Assembly (NCBI GenBank): GCA_963710425.1
Contig: CAVQAR010000009.1
Span: 134,539-198,538 of the forward strand
From: an uncultured delta proteobacterium
GTDB taxonomy: Bacteria; Desulfobacterota; Binatia; Binatales; Binataceae
Reading direction: 5' to 3'
Length of the DNA stretch: 64,000 bases
The notes below the pieces were generated by a model. It had not been told where the DNA came from and searched no databases. It saw only the letters and a list, made by a program, of their open reading frames with translations. Each line of letters starts with the position of its first letter. The first letter of the stretch is position 1. The position numbers and the translations under genes were made by a program. Shown piece by piece: positions 9,447 through 18,100 of the stretch.

Positions 9447-10187
9447 ATGAGACCACGAGCGAAAACTGTTTCGATGGTACTGGCACTCACGATGGGCCTC
9501 GTGTCCCCAGCCCGGTCTGGGCAAGTCGGATACAAGAGCCATGCAGAGGCCAAAGCAGCGCTGGCAGCAGTTTCAGACAACGAATGGATCGAGAAACTTC
9601 CCTACGTCACCGACCTGCAACCTGGCTGGGAAGAGTGTGGCGACCCATCAAAGGGACCGACTTCAGTAGAGACCACCATCATAGTAATGACCGATACTGA
9701 GGATCACCGGGCTCTGCTCGAGAAGCAGGTGCCCGGGTCATTGGAAGGATTCCCGGTAGTCGTCGGAGTGGACCGGTCTGACCAGTTCCGACGCGAGGGC
9801 GAGAAGATGAGGGCGAAGGTAAAGCCCGTCATCGATGATCCCGCGAACAAACGGTTCCTGAGAATCCCTCATGTGGTCCGGATGCAACCTTCAGTCCTAA
9901 CGACAGGATTTGGAGAACCAATAAGAGCAGTCATCGATTTCGTCGTCGATAATGAACACAGCATTAAGGAGGCACAAAGTAAGGCTCCCAAGACGATAGG
10001 CGGATTTCAAACGAGATTCGGTTGGGTGGATGACGGTTTAAATGAGTGTTTCACCAACACCGGAAAGGGCTGCGACAGAGATGACGACGTCACCGTCGAT
10101 ACCAGCAACCCTCCAATACTGAGCGCCGATGACGACGACGACGACGGGCCTCCATTAGATCAAAAGGGGACGTCCTCCGTTAGATAA
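9447..10187 (+). CDS. hypothetical exported protein with two copies of an uncharacterised ~65-aa module and a poly-Asp tail
   Basis: Start trimmed to MRPRAKTVSMVLALTMGLVSPARSG (signal-peptide-like). Internal repeats KLPYVTDLQP...VPGSLEGFPVVVGV and RIPHVVRMQP...APKTIGGF. C-terminal SADDDDDDGPP. I recognise no known family. Confidence 0.55.
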   Translation: MRPRAKTVSMVLALTMGLVSPARSGQVGYKSHAEAKAALAAVSDNEWIEKLPYVTDLQPGWEECGDPSKGPTSVETTIIVMTDTEDHRALLEKQVPGSLEGFPVVVGVDRSDQFRREGEKMRAKVKPVIDDPANKRFLRIPHVVRMQPSVLTTGFGEPIRAVIDFVVDNEHSIKEAQSKAPKTIGGFQTRFGWVDDGLNECFTNTGKGCDRDDDVTVDTSNPPILSADDDDDDGPPLDQKGTSSVR

Positions 10188-10412
10188 AAAATGAGTGATT
10201 CATCGCCGGTTTACGCACCCCGCCGCCGACGTGCGCAAGGTCGCAGCGGCAGATAGATCTCGCCTCGCCTCACGAGGGCCGACTCCGGTTCCCTCCTCCT
10301 ACAACGGAGGAGGGTTAGGGTGGAGGACCATTGTGCGGCAATCGTCCGGCGCCGCACATTCCGACGCCTATGAAACAATACTTGACCACCCTCGTCTACT
10401 TCCGTAACTGCG

Positions 10413-10832
10413 ATGAGGTCAAGCCAACACAGTCAGCACAGATTCACCTGTATCGAAATCATGATGGTCGTTCTGGTCGTGGGCCTGCTGACGACGATTG
10501 TCGTACAGAGCCTGCGGGGCGCCTCCGACAAGGCCAAGCGCTCGAAGGCGGAGGCCGATATCGCCGAGCTCAAGATCGCGCTGGATCGTTACTGTCAGGA
10601 CAACGGCTACTACCCGACCACCGATCAAGGTCTTCGCGAGCTGGTCAGGCCGCCGACAACTGGTATAGTCCCCCTCGTCTATTACACTGGCGGTTATATC
10701 GCGCGCCTCCCGAGAGACCCGTGGGGGCATCCGTACTTCTATCGAAGCGATGGGAACTCGTACGTCATGAAGTCGCTAGGCCCAGACGGAGTCGAAAGTG
10801 CCGACGATATCGAGACCAGCCAATCGCAGTGA
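10413..10832 (+). CDS. gspG: GspG-like type II secretion pseudopilin (orphan, atypical leader)
   Basis: FTCIEIMMVVLVVGLLTTIV N-terminal helix, then KAEADIAELKIALDRYCQDNGYYPTTDQGLRELV...RLPRDPWGHPYFYRSDG...LGPDG, the GspG core pattern. The residue before F is R, not the usual G. Confidence 0.75.
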   Translation: MRSSQHSQHRFTCIEIMMVVLVVGLLTTIVVQSLRGASDKAKRSKAEADIAELKIALDRYCQDNGYYPTTDQGLRELVRPPTTGIVPLVYYTGGYIARLPRDPWGHPYFYRSDGNSYVMKSLGPDGVESADDIETSQSQ

Positions 10833-10844
10833 GGCCCTCGGATC

Positions 10845-10902
10845 TTGCCTCGCCCCAAGAGGGGAGAGGTCGCCGCGCGTCCCCGCGCGGCGGGTGAGGG
10901 AC
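10845..10902 (+). repeat. repeat family A copy
   Basis: TTGCCTCGCCCCAAGAGGGGAGAGGTCGCCGCGCG..CGCGCGGCGGGTGAGGGACC. Confidence 0.8.
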
Positions 10903-10972
10903 CAAAATTGCTGGAGTTTTCGAAGGCGATCTCAACCGCGGCTGCTTATGGTAAGGCTCGAAAAGTGTGTTG

Positions 10973-11437
10973 CTAGCGCAGCGCCTCCGATCGAAAGACT
11001 GGGTTTGTCTCGACAACGACGGGTACGCCGTCCAAATGCGACGGGACAAACCATTGAACAAACGCGACATGCTCTTGTTTATCGACCCACACCCGGATTC
11101 CTACCCTCCCGACGCCCTTTCGCCAAACTTCTGTCGAGTTCTTGTCGAATACGAACCAAGGCATCATTCCCTTGACGTGAGGCAGTAGCAGAATCCATTG
11201 ATTCCAGCGCATAACGGCTTCTACCTTACGCTCGGCCTTCCATGCTTCAGGGTATTGAGCCTCCGCCTGTTCTTGCGTGACGGTCGCCCACCGGTAAGTC
11301 TGCGCCGACGACCCCACGCGCAGCTCGCTGGTCGGTGTGTGCGGAACCCATACGACATCGCGCTCCTTTGGAATGGCGACCGCGAGCAGCACTGTCGCGC
11401 TAATCAGTAACCATCGCTTGGTAATCACGACGGACAC
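10973..11437 (-). CDS. hypothetical exported protein with one copy of the module found in 9447..10187
   Basis: Part of track ORF 10973..11524; the N-terminal 29 codons of that ORF are antisense to the tRNA. Probable GTG start before VVITKRWLLISATVLLAVAIP (TM or signal). LLPHVKGMMP...VPSHLDGVPVVVET aligns to KLPYVTDLQP...VPGSLEGFPVVVGV. Confidence 0.45.
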   Translation of the reverse strand: MSVVITKRWLLISATVLLAVAIPKERDVVWVPHTPTSELRVGSSAQTYRWATVTQEQAEAQYPEAWKAERKVEAVMRWNQWILLLPHVKGMMPWFVFDKNSTEVWRKGVGRVGIRVWVDKQEHVAFVQWFVPSHLDGVPVVVETNPVFRSEALR

Positions 11438-11475
11438 CAGGAAATCGAGGGTCAGAGAAGCAGGATTGAAAAGAA

Positions 11476-11552
11476 TGGTGCGCCATGAGGGACTTGAACC
11501 CCCGACCTGATGATCCGTAGTCATCCGCTCTAATCCACTGAGCTAATGGCGC
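11476..11552 (-). tRNA. tRNA-Arg (anticodon ACG), CCA encoded
   Basis: The reverse complement GCGCCATTAGCTCAGTGGATTAGAGCGGATGACTACGGATCATCAGGTCGGGGGTTCAAGTCCCTCATGGCGCACCA folds as a cloverleaf: 7-bp acceptor stem, GCTC/GAGC D stem, GATGA/TCATC anticodon stem with loop CTACGGA, and a GGGGG/CCCTC T stem with TTCAAGT loop. Confidence 0.9.
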
Positions 11553-11612
11553 ATCCGAACCCTAGAAATTTTCATATCACAGCCCTGCGAGCAAGCCGTT
11601 TGGTTTTGCTCG

Positions 11613-11651
11613 AAAAAAAACGGGCCGGCGGGAGAAGTGTCCGCCGGCCCG
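11613..11651 (-). terminator. Rho-independent terminator downstream of phoR
   Basis: On the minus strand: GCGGGCCGGCGG-ACACTTCTCC-CGCCGGCCCG followed by TTTTTTTT. Confidence 0.7.
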
Positions 11652-11652
11652 C

Positions 11653-11689
11653 AACTGACTGGTCTGGAGAAGTGTCAAACCAGTCAGTT
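11653..11689 (-). other. second hairpin whose loop sequence matches the adjacent terminator
   Basis: AACTGACTGGT / ACCAGTCAGTT stem. The loop contains GGAGAAGTGT on the plus strand, the same 10-mer as the loop of 11621..11651. Confidence 0.6.
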
Positions 11690-11846
11690 TCTACTGTAGG
11701 TAGCTATTTAATACAAAATCGCCACACATATGTCCAGCCCCAATCGTCTTCCCATTTAGCCTTTTCGAACAGGCGCTACGCGCCTGTTCGCCGTATTGAT
11801 ACTGGGGTGCAGGGGTCACCCCCTGCCGCCACACCGCGCAGGTTAT

Positions 11847-13247
11847 TCAACTCTGCGCCGATGGAATCCACACTGACACCGTAGTCCCCTCATGCACCTT
11901 GCTCTCGATCCGCAGCGCCCCATGGTGCAACTGCACGATATGCTTGACGATCGCCAGCCCCAGGCCGGTTCCTCCCAGCTCGCGCGAGCGCGCGCGATCG
12001 ACGCGATAGAATCGCTCCGTCAGGCGCGGGATATCCGCCGCCGGAATTCCCTCGCCGGTGTCGACCACCACCAGCGCGACGCCCGGCTTCGCGCCCGCGC
12101 CGTTGGAGTCCGAGGCCTCGCGCGCCTCGACCGTCACGCGGCCCTCGCGCGGCGTGTATTTGATCGCGTTGTCGATCAGGTTGAGCATCACCTGATGCAA
12201 CCGGTCGCGATCGCCGGCCACCTTCGGCAGACCGTCGGGGCAATTCACTGACAGGCGCAGGCCGCGCTTGCCCGCCGTCTCCTGCATCAGCTCCGCCGCC
12301 TCGGACAGCACGCGCGACGGCTCGAGCTGCTCGATCTTCAGCGGCGTCAGCCCGCGCTCCAAATCCGACAGCGAGACCAGGTCGTCGAGCAGACGCGCCA
12401 GCCGTCGCGCCTGCCGCTCGATAATTCCGAGAAAGCGGGTCGAGGTCTCGCGATCATCCACGCCTTGAATCAACGTTTCCGCATAGCCGTAGAGCGCGCT
12501 CAGCGGCGTGCGCAGCTCGTGCGTGAGATTCGAAATAAAGTCGGCGCGCAGAGTCTCGTATGCTTTGAGCTGCGTGATGTCGTGAAAGACGAACACCCAC
12601 GCCGCTCCGCGCGAGGTGCGAATCTGCGCCGCGCTGGCGCTGACGTGAAGCGGCGCGGGATTCTGGATCATGATCTCCGCGCTCACGACATCGTTCGCCG
12701 CCGATTGCATCGAGCGCCCGGCAAATTCCTGCAGCCGCGGGTCGCGGCACAGCTCGACGAACGGCCGATCACGATAGTCGGTGTCGGCTCCCAGCGCGAA
12801 AATTCGCCGCGCCGAGCCGTTTAGCAGGATGACCTCGCCGCGCGCGCCGGTCACCACCACCGCCTCCGCCATGCTGCGTAGAATCGCCTCGAACTCGTCG
12901 CGCTGCTCGGCCAGCGAGTCCACGTCGGCGACGATCGCGTCGGCCGCGTCGAGCAGATGATGCTCCGCGCGGCCCATCGCGTCGCTGCCTTCGGGCAGCA
13001 CATGAGGCGGCGGACGCCGCTCTTGCAGCGCCGCCGCCAAGGCGTCGAGCCTCTCCGCGCGGCGCGACAGCGATCGTCCGATCAGGCGAACCCCAATCGC
13101 GCCGAATCCAAGCCCTAGCAGGATTACAATGACAACCCAGACCGGCGATGCCGCGCCGGTGGCGGCGAGCACCACCAGGAATATCGCCGCGGGCGCGAGA
13201 CCGATTCCTATCGCTGCGATCAGGCCGGCAGTCGGTGATCTATCCAA
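11847..13247 (-). CDS. phoR: phosphate regulon sensor histidine kinase PhoR
   Basis: N-terminal TM segments, PAS-like region, H box LTHELRTPLSAL, N box NLIDNAIKY, G boxes DTGEGI and GGTGLGLAIV. Start overlaps the phoB stop by 8 nt. Sits in the pst-phoU-phoB context. Confidence 0.85.
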   Translation of the reverse strand: MDRSPTAGLIAAIGIGLAPAAIFLVVLAATGAASPVWVVIVILLGLGFGAIGVRLIGRSLSRRAERLDALAAALQERRPPPHVLPEGSDAMGRAEHHLLDAADAIVADVDSLAEQRDEFEAILRSMAEAVVVTGARGEVILLNGSARRIFALGADTDYRDRPFVELCRDPRLQEFAGRSMQSAANDVVSAEIMIQNPAPLHVSASAAQIRTSRGAAWVFVFHDITQLKAYETLRADFISNLTHELRTPLSALYGYAETLIQGVDDRETSTRFLGIIERQARRLARLLDDLVSLSDLERGLTPLKIEQLEPSRVLSEAAELMQETAGKRGLRLSVNCPDGLPKVAGDRDRLHQVMLNLIDNAIKYTPREGRVTVEAREASDSNGAGAKPGVALVVVDTGEGIPAADIPRLTERFYRVDRARSRELGGTGLGLAIVKHIVQLHHGALRIESKVHEGTTVSVWIPSAQS

Positions 13248-14005
13248 GCGCTTCGGGGTTGAAGCGATATCCCACGCTTCGCACCGTGAGGATCAATTCC
13301 GGATTGGCGTCATCGCGCTCGATATGCTGGCGCAGGCGCCGCACGTGCACGTCGACGGTCCGCGGTTCGACGAACGTGTCGCGCCCCCACACCATGTCGA
13401 GCAATTGTTCGCGCGTATATACCCGCATCGGATGTTGCACGAAAAATTTCAGCAGTTCGAACTCGCGCAGCGCAAGCTCCCGCCGCTTGGTATCGACGAA
13501 CACCTGGTAGGTGCCGAAGTCCATCCGCAGCCGCCCCTTCTCGTACGCGCCACCGCCGGAGTCCGGCTCTGAGAGCGGATTTGCGCGACGCAGCAGCGCC
13601 TTGACCCGCGCCACCAGCTCGCGCGGACTGAACGGCTTCACGACGTAATCGTCGGCGCCCATCTCCAGCCCGAGAACTTTGTCAACTTCCGTACCCTTGG
13701 CGGTGACGATCAGGATCGGCAGATGCGTCGTTTCGCGCTCGGCGCGCATCTGGCGGCATACCTGCAAGCCCGGCATCCCCGGCAGCATCAGGTCGAGCAC
13801 CATCAGATCGGGCACGCCGCCGCTTGACCTTCTCGAGCGCCTGCGCGCCGTCGGCCGCTTCCTCGACGACGAACCCTTCCTGCGCGAGGTTGTAGCGGAT
13901 CAGCTCGCGGATGTCGGCGTCGTCCTCGACAATCAGCACGCGGTATCGAATCCCGCGTTGCGCCTCGGATGTTGTGCTCGTGGCCTGCTGGCTGGTTTGA
14001 TTCAT
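13240..14005 (-). CDS. phoB: phosphate regulon response regulator PhoB (OmpR family), receiver domain frame disrupted
   Basis: ORF 13682..14005 gives MNQ...YRVLIVEDDADIRELIRYNLAQEGFVVEEAADGAQALEKVKRR. ORF 13240..13815, in another frame, continues PDLMVLDLMLPGMPGL...VVKPFSPRELVARV...TVRSVGYRF. A 1-nt indel is inferred near 13810..13820. Confidence 0.85.
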
Positions 14006-14030
14006 CGCTTCTCCCCCTCCACCTTGTAAA

Positions 14031-14726
14031 TCAAGTTCCCCGCTTCTTGGTTTCCACGTGACGGATCATTTTGCCCTTGACCATGAACGTCACCATCTCC
14101 GCGATATTGGTCGCGTGATCGGCGATCCGTTCCAGGTACTTCGACACGAACAGCAACCGCGTCGCCGACGCGATCGTATGCGGATCCTCCGCCATATAAC
14201 TCAGCAGCTCGCGATAAACCTGGTAGTTGAGCAGATCGACTTCGTCGTCGCGCGCGATCACCTGATCGGCCAGGTCGGTGTCGTCGCGCATGAACGCATC
14301 GATACTGTCCTTAACCATCGACTGCGCAATTTCCGCCATCCGCGGCAAGTCGATGTAGGGCTTCAGTTGCGGAACTTCGTTGAGCTCGAGTGATCGCTCG
14401 CAGATATTCACGGCGTTGTCGCCGATTCGTTCGAGGTCGGTCGTGATTTTCAGTCCGGTGGTGATAAAACGCAGGTCGCTGGCAGTTGGCTGATGCAGTG
14501 CGAGCAAGCGGATACACTGCTCGTCGTTGTCGTTATCCATCCGATTCACTTCTTCGTCGCGCTGGATCACTTCGCGCGCATGATCGCTGTCGCGATTCAC
14601 CAGCGCATCGACCGCCTCGGCAATCTGCCGCTCGACCAGTCCGCCCATCTTGAGCAGACCGGCGCGCAAGCCGCGCAAATCCTCTTCGTACTGCCTATTG
14701 GTATGCTGCGGCTGGGTACTATCCAT
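14031..14726 (-). CDS. phoU: phosphate signalling complex protein PhoU
   Basis: 231 aa with two PhoU repeats (EEVNRMDNDNDEQCIRLLALHQP; DDEVDLLNYQVYRELLSYM; ERIADHATNIAE). Confidence 0.9.
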   Translation of the reverse strand: MDSTQPQHTNRQYEEDLRGLRAGLLKMGGLVERQIAEAVDALVNRDSDHAREVIQRDEEVNRMDNDNDEQCIRLLALHQPTASDLRFITTGLKITTDLERIGDNAVNICERSLELNEVPQLKPYIDLPRMAEIAQSMVKDSIDAFMRDDTDLADQVIARDDEVDLLNYQVYRELLSYMAEDPHTIASATRLLFVSKYLERIADHATNIAEMVTFMVKGKMIRHVETKKRGT

Positions 14727-14743
14727 TTTTCTTGTCCCCGATA

Positions 14744-15505
14744 TCAGCCGAATCGACCGGTGATATAATCCTCAGTCTCACGCTTGGTCGGATTCGTGAA
14801 AATCTGCTTGGTCTCCCCGTATTCGACCAGGTCCCCGGTGTACATGAAGGCCGTCTTGTCGGAGCATCGCGCGGCTTGCTGCATGTTGTGAGTCACGATG
14901 ACGATAGTGTACGCCGACTTTAGTTCAAGCAATAGTTCTTCGATGCGCGCGGTCGAAATCGGATCGAGCGCCGAGCATGGCTCGTCCATCAGCAACACCT
15001 CAGGCTGAACCGCGAGCGCCCGCGCAACGCACAAGCGCTGCTGCTGCCCGCCCGACAAGCTGCCGCCGGGACGCCGCAGGCGATCCTTGACCTCTTCCCA
15101 AAGCGCCGCCTGGCGCAGGCTTCGCTCGATTATCGACGCGCGCTCGGCGCGGCTAACCTCGACTCCGTTGAGCGTCAGCCCGGCCGCGACGTTGTCTTCT
15201 ATAGACATGGTTGGAAACGGCGTCGGCTTCTGAAAGACCATCCCGATTCGGCGCCGCACCTGCACCGGATCGACTCCATCGTCGTAAATATTGTTCCCGT
15301 CGAGGATCACCTCGCCGGTCGCAGTCGCGCCGGGCACCACCTCATGCATCCGGTTGAGGCATCGCACCAGCGTCGATTTGCCGCATCCCGACGGTCCGAT
15401 TATTGCCGCGATACGATCTTCTTCGAACGACAGGCTGACGTCTTTAAGCGCGCGGTTCTTGAAAAAGTACGCGTTGAGATTTTTGACGACCAGCTTATCT
15501 GCCAT
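14744..15505 (-). CDS. pstB: phosphate ABC transporter ATP-binding protein PstB
   Basis: Start trimmed to [14 protein letters not shown]. Walker [10 protein letters not shown], signature LSGGQQQR, Walker B LLMDEP, C-terminal [10 protein letters not shown] typical of PstB. Confidence 0.95.
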   Translation of the reverse strand: MADKLVVKNLNAYFFKNRALKDVSLSFEEDRIAAIIGPSGCGKSTLVRCLNRMHEVVPGATATGEVILDGNNIYDDGVDPVQVRRRIGMVFQKPTPFPTMSIEDNVAAGLTLNGVEVSRAERASIIERSLRQAALWEEVKDRLRRPGGSLSGGQQQRLCVARALAVQPEVLLMDEPCSALDPISTARIEELLLELKSAYTIVIVTHNMQQAARCSDKTAFMYTGDLVEYGETKQIFTNPTKRETEDYITGRFG

Positions 15506-15507
15506 GA

Positions 15508-16386
15508 CTACCTTGGCGCTTTCGCCGCCCCGCCCGTCACCCACCGCACGCCCAACTCGAGCGCGAGAATTATCGCGGTCAACACCAGCGCGCCTGCCCA
15601 TGCCTGCCGCTGCCAATCGGCAAACGGCGAAATCGCGTAAGTGTAAACCTGCACCGTCAAGGTATTGATCGGATGAAATAATGACGTTGACCAGAACCGG
15701 TTGCCGAATGCGGTGAACAGCAGCGGCGCCGTTTCGCCCGACACTCGCGCGACCGCCAGGATCACGCCGGTGGTGATTCCTGACAAGGCTGTCCGAGCGA
15801 CCACGGACAGCGTCGTCCGCCAATGCGGCACGCCCAGCGCCAGTGAGGCCTCGCGCAATTCCGGCGGTACCAGTAGCACCATCTCTTCAGTGGTGCGCGT
15901 GACCAGTGGAATCATGATCGCCGCGAGCGCGACCGCGCCGGCCAGCGTCGAGAATCCGCCGAACGGACGCACAATCACCGCGTATGCGAAAATCCCGACG
16001 ACGATCGACGGCACGCCCATCAGCACGTCCGCCGAAAATCGCACCCAGTTGGTGAACTGGCTCGCGCGATTCGCCGCCAAATAAAGTCCCGCGCCAACCC
16101 CGATAGGCACTCCAATCAGGCACGCGATACCGACCACTTCCAGCGTGCCTACGATCGCGTTGGCCATGCCGCCGCCCTTTTCGCCGACCGGCGCGGGCAT
16201 ATGCGTGAAAAACGCCCAGTTCAAACTCGCGAACCCTTTGGTGAGCAGGTAGCCAAGCACCAGGAACAGCGGTATCAGAGTCAGGATCGTCGCGCCGACC
16301 GTAACCGCCATCATCGCGTCGCTCTTAAACTTGCGAACGCGATAGTTGGTCTCGCCGTGGAGTGTGCTGAGAGTGCCGGCCGCCAC
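15508..16386 (-). CDS. pstA: phosphate ABC transporter permease PstA
   Basis: 292 aa, multi-TM, EAA-type loop [19 protein letters not shown], located between pstC and pstB. Confidence 0.9.
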   Translation of the reverse strand: MAAGTLSTLHGETNYRVRKFKSDAMMAVTVGATILTLIPLFLVLGYLLTKGFASLNWAFFTHMPAPVGEKGGGMANAIVGTLEVVGIACLIGVPIGVGAGLYLAANRASQFTNWVRFSADVLMGVPSIVVGIFAYAVIVRPFGGFSTLAGAVALAAIMIPLVTRTTEEMVLLVPPELREASLALGVPHWRTTLSVVARTALSGITTGVILAVARVSGETAPLLFTAFGNRFWSTSLFHPINTLTVQVYTYAISPFADWQRQAWAGALVLTAIILALELGVRWVTGGAAKAPR

Positions 16387-16389
16387 TGG

Positions 16390-17364
16390 TTACGCGCCTC
16401 CCTGGTAGCGCCGCCGCTGCACGCCGAGCACCAATGCGCGAGCGACGACGTTGAGCACGATCCCGAGGATCAACAGCACCAGTCCCAGCTCGATTAGCGC
16501 GGCGACATACAGATCAGATGTAGCCTCGGCGAATTCATTCGCGATCACGCTCGCCAGCGTGGCTGCTGGCTTGAATAACGATGCGGAAATATCTGCCGAA
16601 TTGCCGATCACCATCGCCACCGCGATGGTCTCGCCAAGCGCGCGCCCCAAGCCCAGGATAATCGCGCCGATCACCCCGGTCATGCCGTAAGGGATCACCG
16701 CGGTCTTGACCATCTCCCACTTGGTCGCACCCAGCGCTAGCGCCGCCTCGCGTTGCGTATGCGGCACGACGCGGAACACGTCGGTGCAGACCGACGAGAT
16801 ATACGGGATGATCATAATCGCGAGAATAACTCCGGCCGATAGCATCCCGACCGCGACCTTCGGGCCCTGGAAAAATGGCAGCCAGCCGAGATAATGGCCC
16901 AGCGGCGGCTCGACGTAGTCGCGAATCCACGGACCCATCACGAACACCGCCCACAGGCCGTACACGACGCTCGGAATCGCGGCGAGCAAATCGACCAGGA
17001 ATCCCAGTCGATGGCTCAACCAGTCGGGCGCCATCTCGCTCAGGCAGAGCGCGACGCCCAGGCTCAGCGGCACCGCGATCGCGAGCGCGATAAACGATGA
17101 AATAAAAGTCCCGTAGATAAACGGCAGCGCGCCGTATTTGTCGTTAACCGGATCCCATTCGCTGCTGATAAAAAAATGCAGCCCGAAGGCGCGAATCGCG
17201 GGGAAGCTGGTCGCGATCAGCGCGATCGCAAGTCCGAACAGCAAGCCGAGAATCGCGAGCGCGAGAATGAAAGTTGCGGTGTTGAAAATGCGATCGCCGA
17301 ACAAGCGCACGTGCACGGGCGCCATCGTGCGCTCGCGCCGGACCGCCGGAATACTGTCGGCCAT
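16390..17364 (-). CDS. pstC: phosphate ABC transporter permease PstC
   Basis: Start trimmed to MADSIPAVRRE. Multi-TM, REAALALGATKWEMVKTAVIP EAA loop. First gene of the operon in this window. Confidence 0.9.
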   Translation of the reverse strand: MADSIPAVRRERTMAPVHVRLFGDRIFNTATFILALAILGLLFGLAIALIATSFPAIRAFGLHFFISSEWDPVNDKYGALPFIYGTFISSFIALAIAVPLSLGVALCLSEMAPDWLSHRLGFLVDLLAAIPSVVYGLWAVFVMGPWIRDYVEPPLGHYLGWLPFFQGPKVAVGMLSAGVILAIMIIPYISSVCTDVFRVVPHTQREAALALGATKWEMVKTAVIPYGMTGVIGAIILGLGRALGETIAVAMVIGNSADISASLFKPAATLASVIANEFAEATSDLYVAALIELGLVLLILGIVLNVVARALVLGVQRRRYQGGA

Positions 17365-17574
17365 CGAACCTTCTAATTCGGACAAACGATCTCTTCCTAC
17401 AGAATTTCTAAGTGCGCTCACGTCGCGGCCAGCACCGACCGTCGCGCACAATCATACGCGCGGATTGTTGCGGGAATGTTACGCAGCCAGAAAATCGCAG
17501 TGAATCCGCGAATTTTCAGCGAAAATCGACTATGGATTAAGATGAGAGCTGTCGCGAGCACGGCTGATCCGGAA

Positions 17575-18100
17575 GAGCCCGCGGGCACGGCGGCCCGCGC
17601 CACTGCAATCTAGGAAATTCAGAGGCGCGGGCGCCCCTGCCAGCTGGTGCTGTTGATTTAGTAGCGCGGGCCGCCGTGCCCGCGGCTCCGTCTTTTCAAT
17701 CCGGTCCCCCTTCCCGCGCAGGCCCGAAAAAAGGGTTAGGGGTTAGGTTCCTCGCATCATCACAACGCCAGCCGCTTCACTGTTTTGTGTCATCCTGAGC
17801 GCAGCGAAGGATCTCGCGCGCAGCGCGTCAGGGTGCGCGCAGACGCCGGTCGCAAGAGCGCCCGTCGAGATTCTTCGCTACGGCAGCTTTCGCTCAGAAT
17901 GACACAAAGAAAGAACCGGGATTCTTCGCGGAGCCTGCCTGAGCGAAGTCGAAGGGCTCTGAATGACACAAAGAACTGAATGACACAAAAAGGTACCCTC
18001 AGAGCAAAATGGCGTCCTCGCCATTTTGCGATTAGTACTTTTCACTGGGTGCAGGGGTCACCCCTGCCCAAGGAAGCGTGAAACCCACGGCGGGTTTCAC
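17575..18100 (+). repeat. composite intergenic repeat island 1 (families D, C, E, B in that order)
   Basis: D: 17575..17689, a long palindrome built on CCGCGGGCACGGCGGCCCGCGCCACTG. C: 17785..17990, several GATTCTTCGC..CTCAGAATGACACAAAG units, one inverted. E: 18002..18040, GAGCAAAATGGCG..CGCCATTTTGCGATTAGTAC. B: 18047..18100, double hairpin. Confidence 0.85.

Noticed and set aside
10413-10832. A type II secretion or type IV pilus locus
   Set aside because: Only one pseudopilin-like gene is present. No secretin, ATPase, platform protein, prepilin peptidase or minor pseudopilins occur within the window.
9277-11552. Integrative element or prophage remnant at tRNA-Arg
   Set aside because: There is no integrase, recombinase or phage gene, and I could not find a duplicated copy of the tRNA 3' end to define att sites. 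I keep it only as an AT-richer islet (see findings).
17490-17530. Pho box upstream of pstC
   Set aside because: Only a weak TTCGC-N6-TTCGC direct repeat was seen. It does not match the CTGTCAT-type consensus, and I cannot evaluate a lineage-specific motif by eye.
17785-17979. 64-aa ORF MCHPERSEGSRAQ... and similar ORFs translated from repeats (2086..2328, 18026..18277, 20090..20341)
   Set aside because: They are translations of families C, B and A repeat DNA. The same peptide strings recur wherever the repeat recurs, in either orientation, and they have no RBS or start context.
17785-17990. Possible CRISPR array, because short similar units recur in tandem
   Set aside because: The units are imperfect, partly inverted, unevenly spaced, and lack unique spacers of constant length. 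The same units occur singly across the window, and no cas genes are present.
17365-18041. A hidden or degraded pstS upstream of pstC
   Set aside because: No frame in this interval shows periplasmic phosphate-binding protein motifs, and the interval is fully accounted for by repeat families D, C, E and B.
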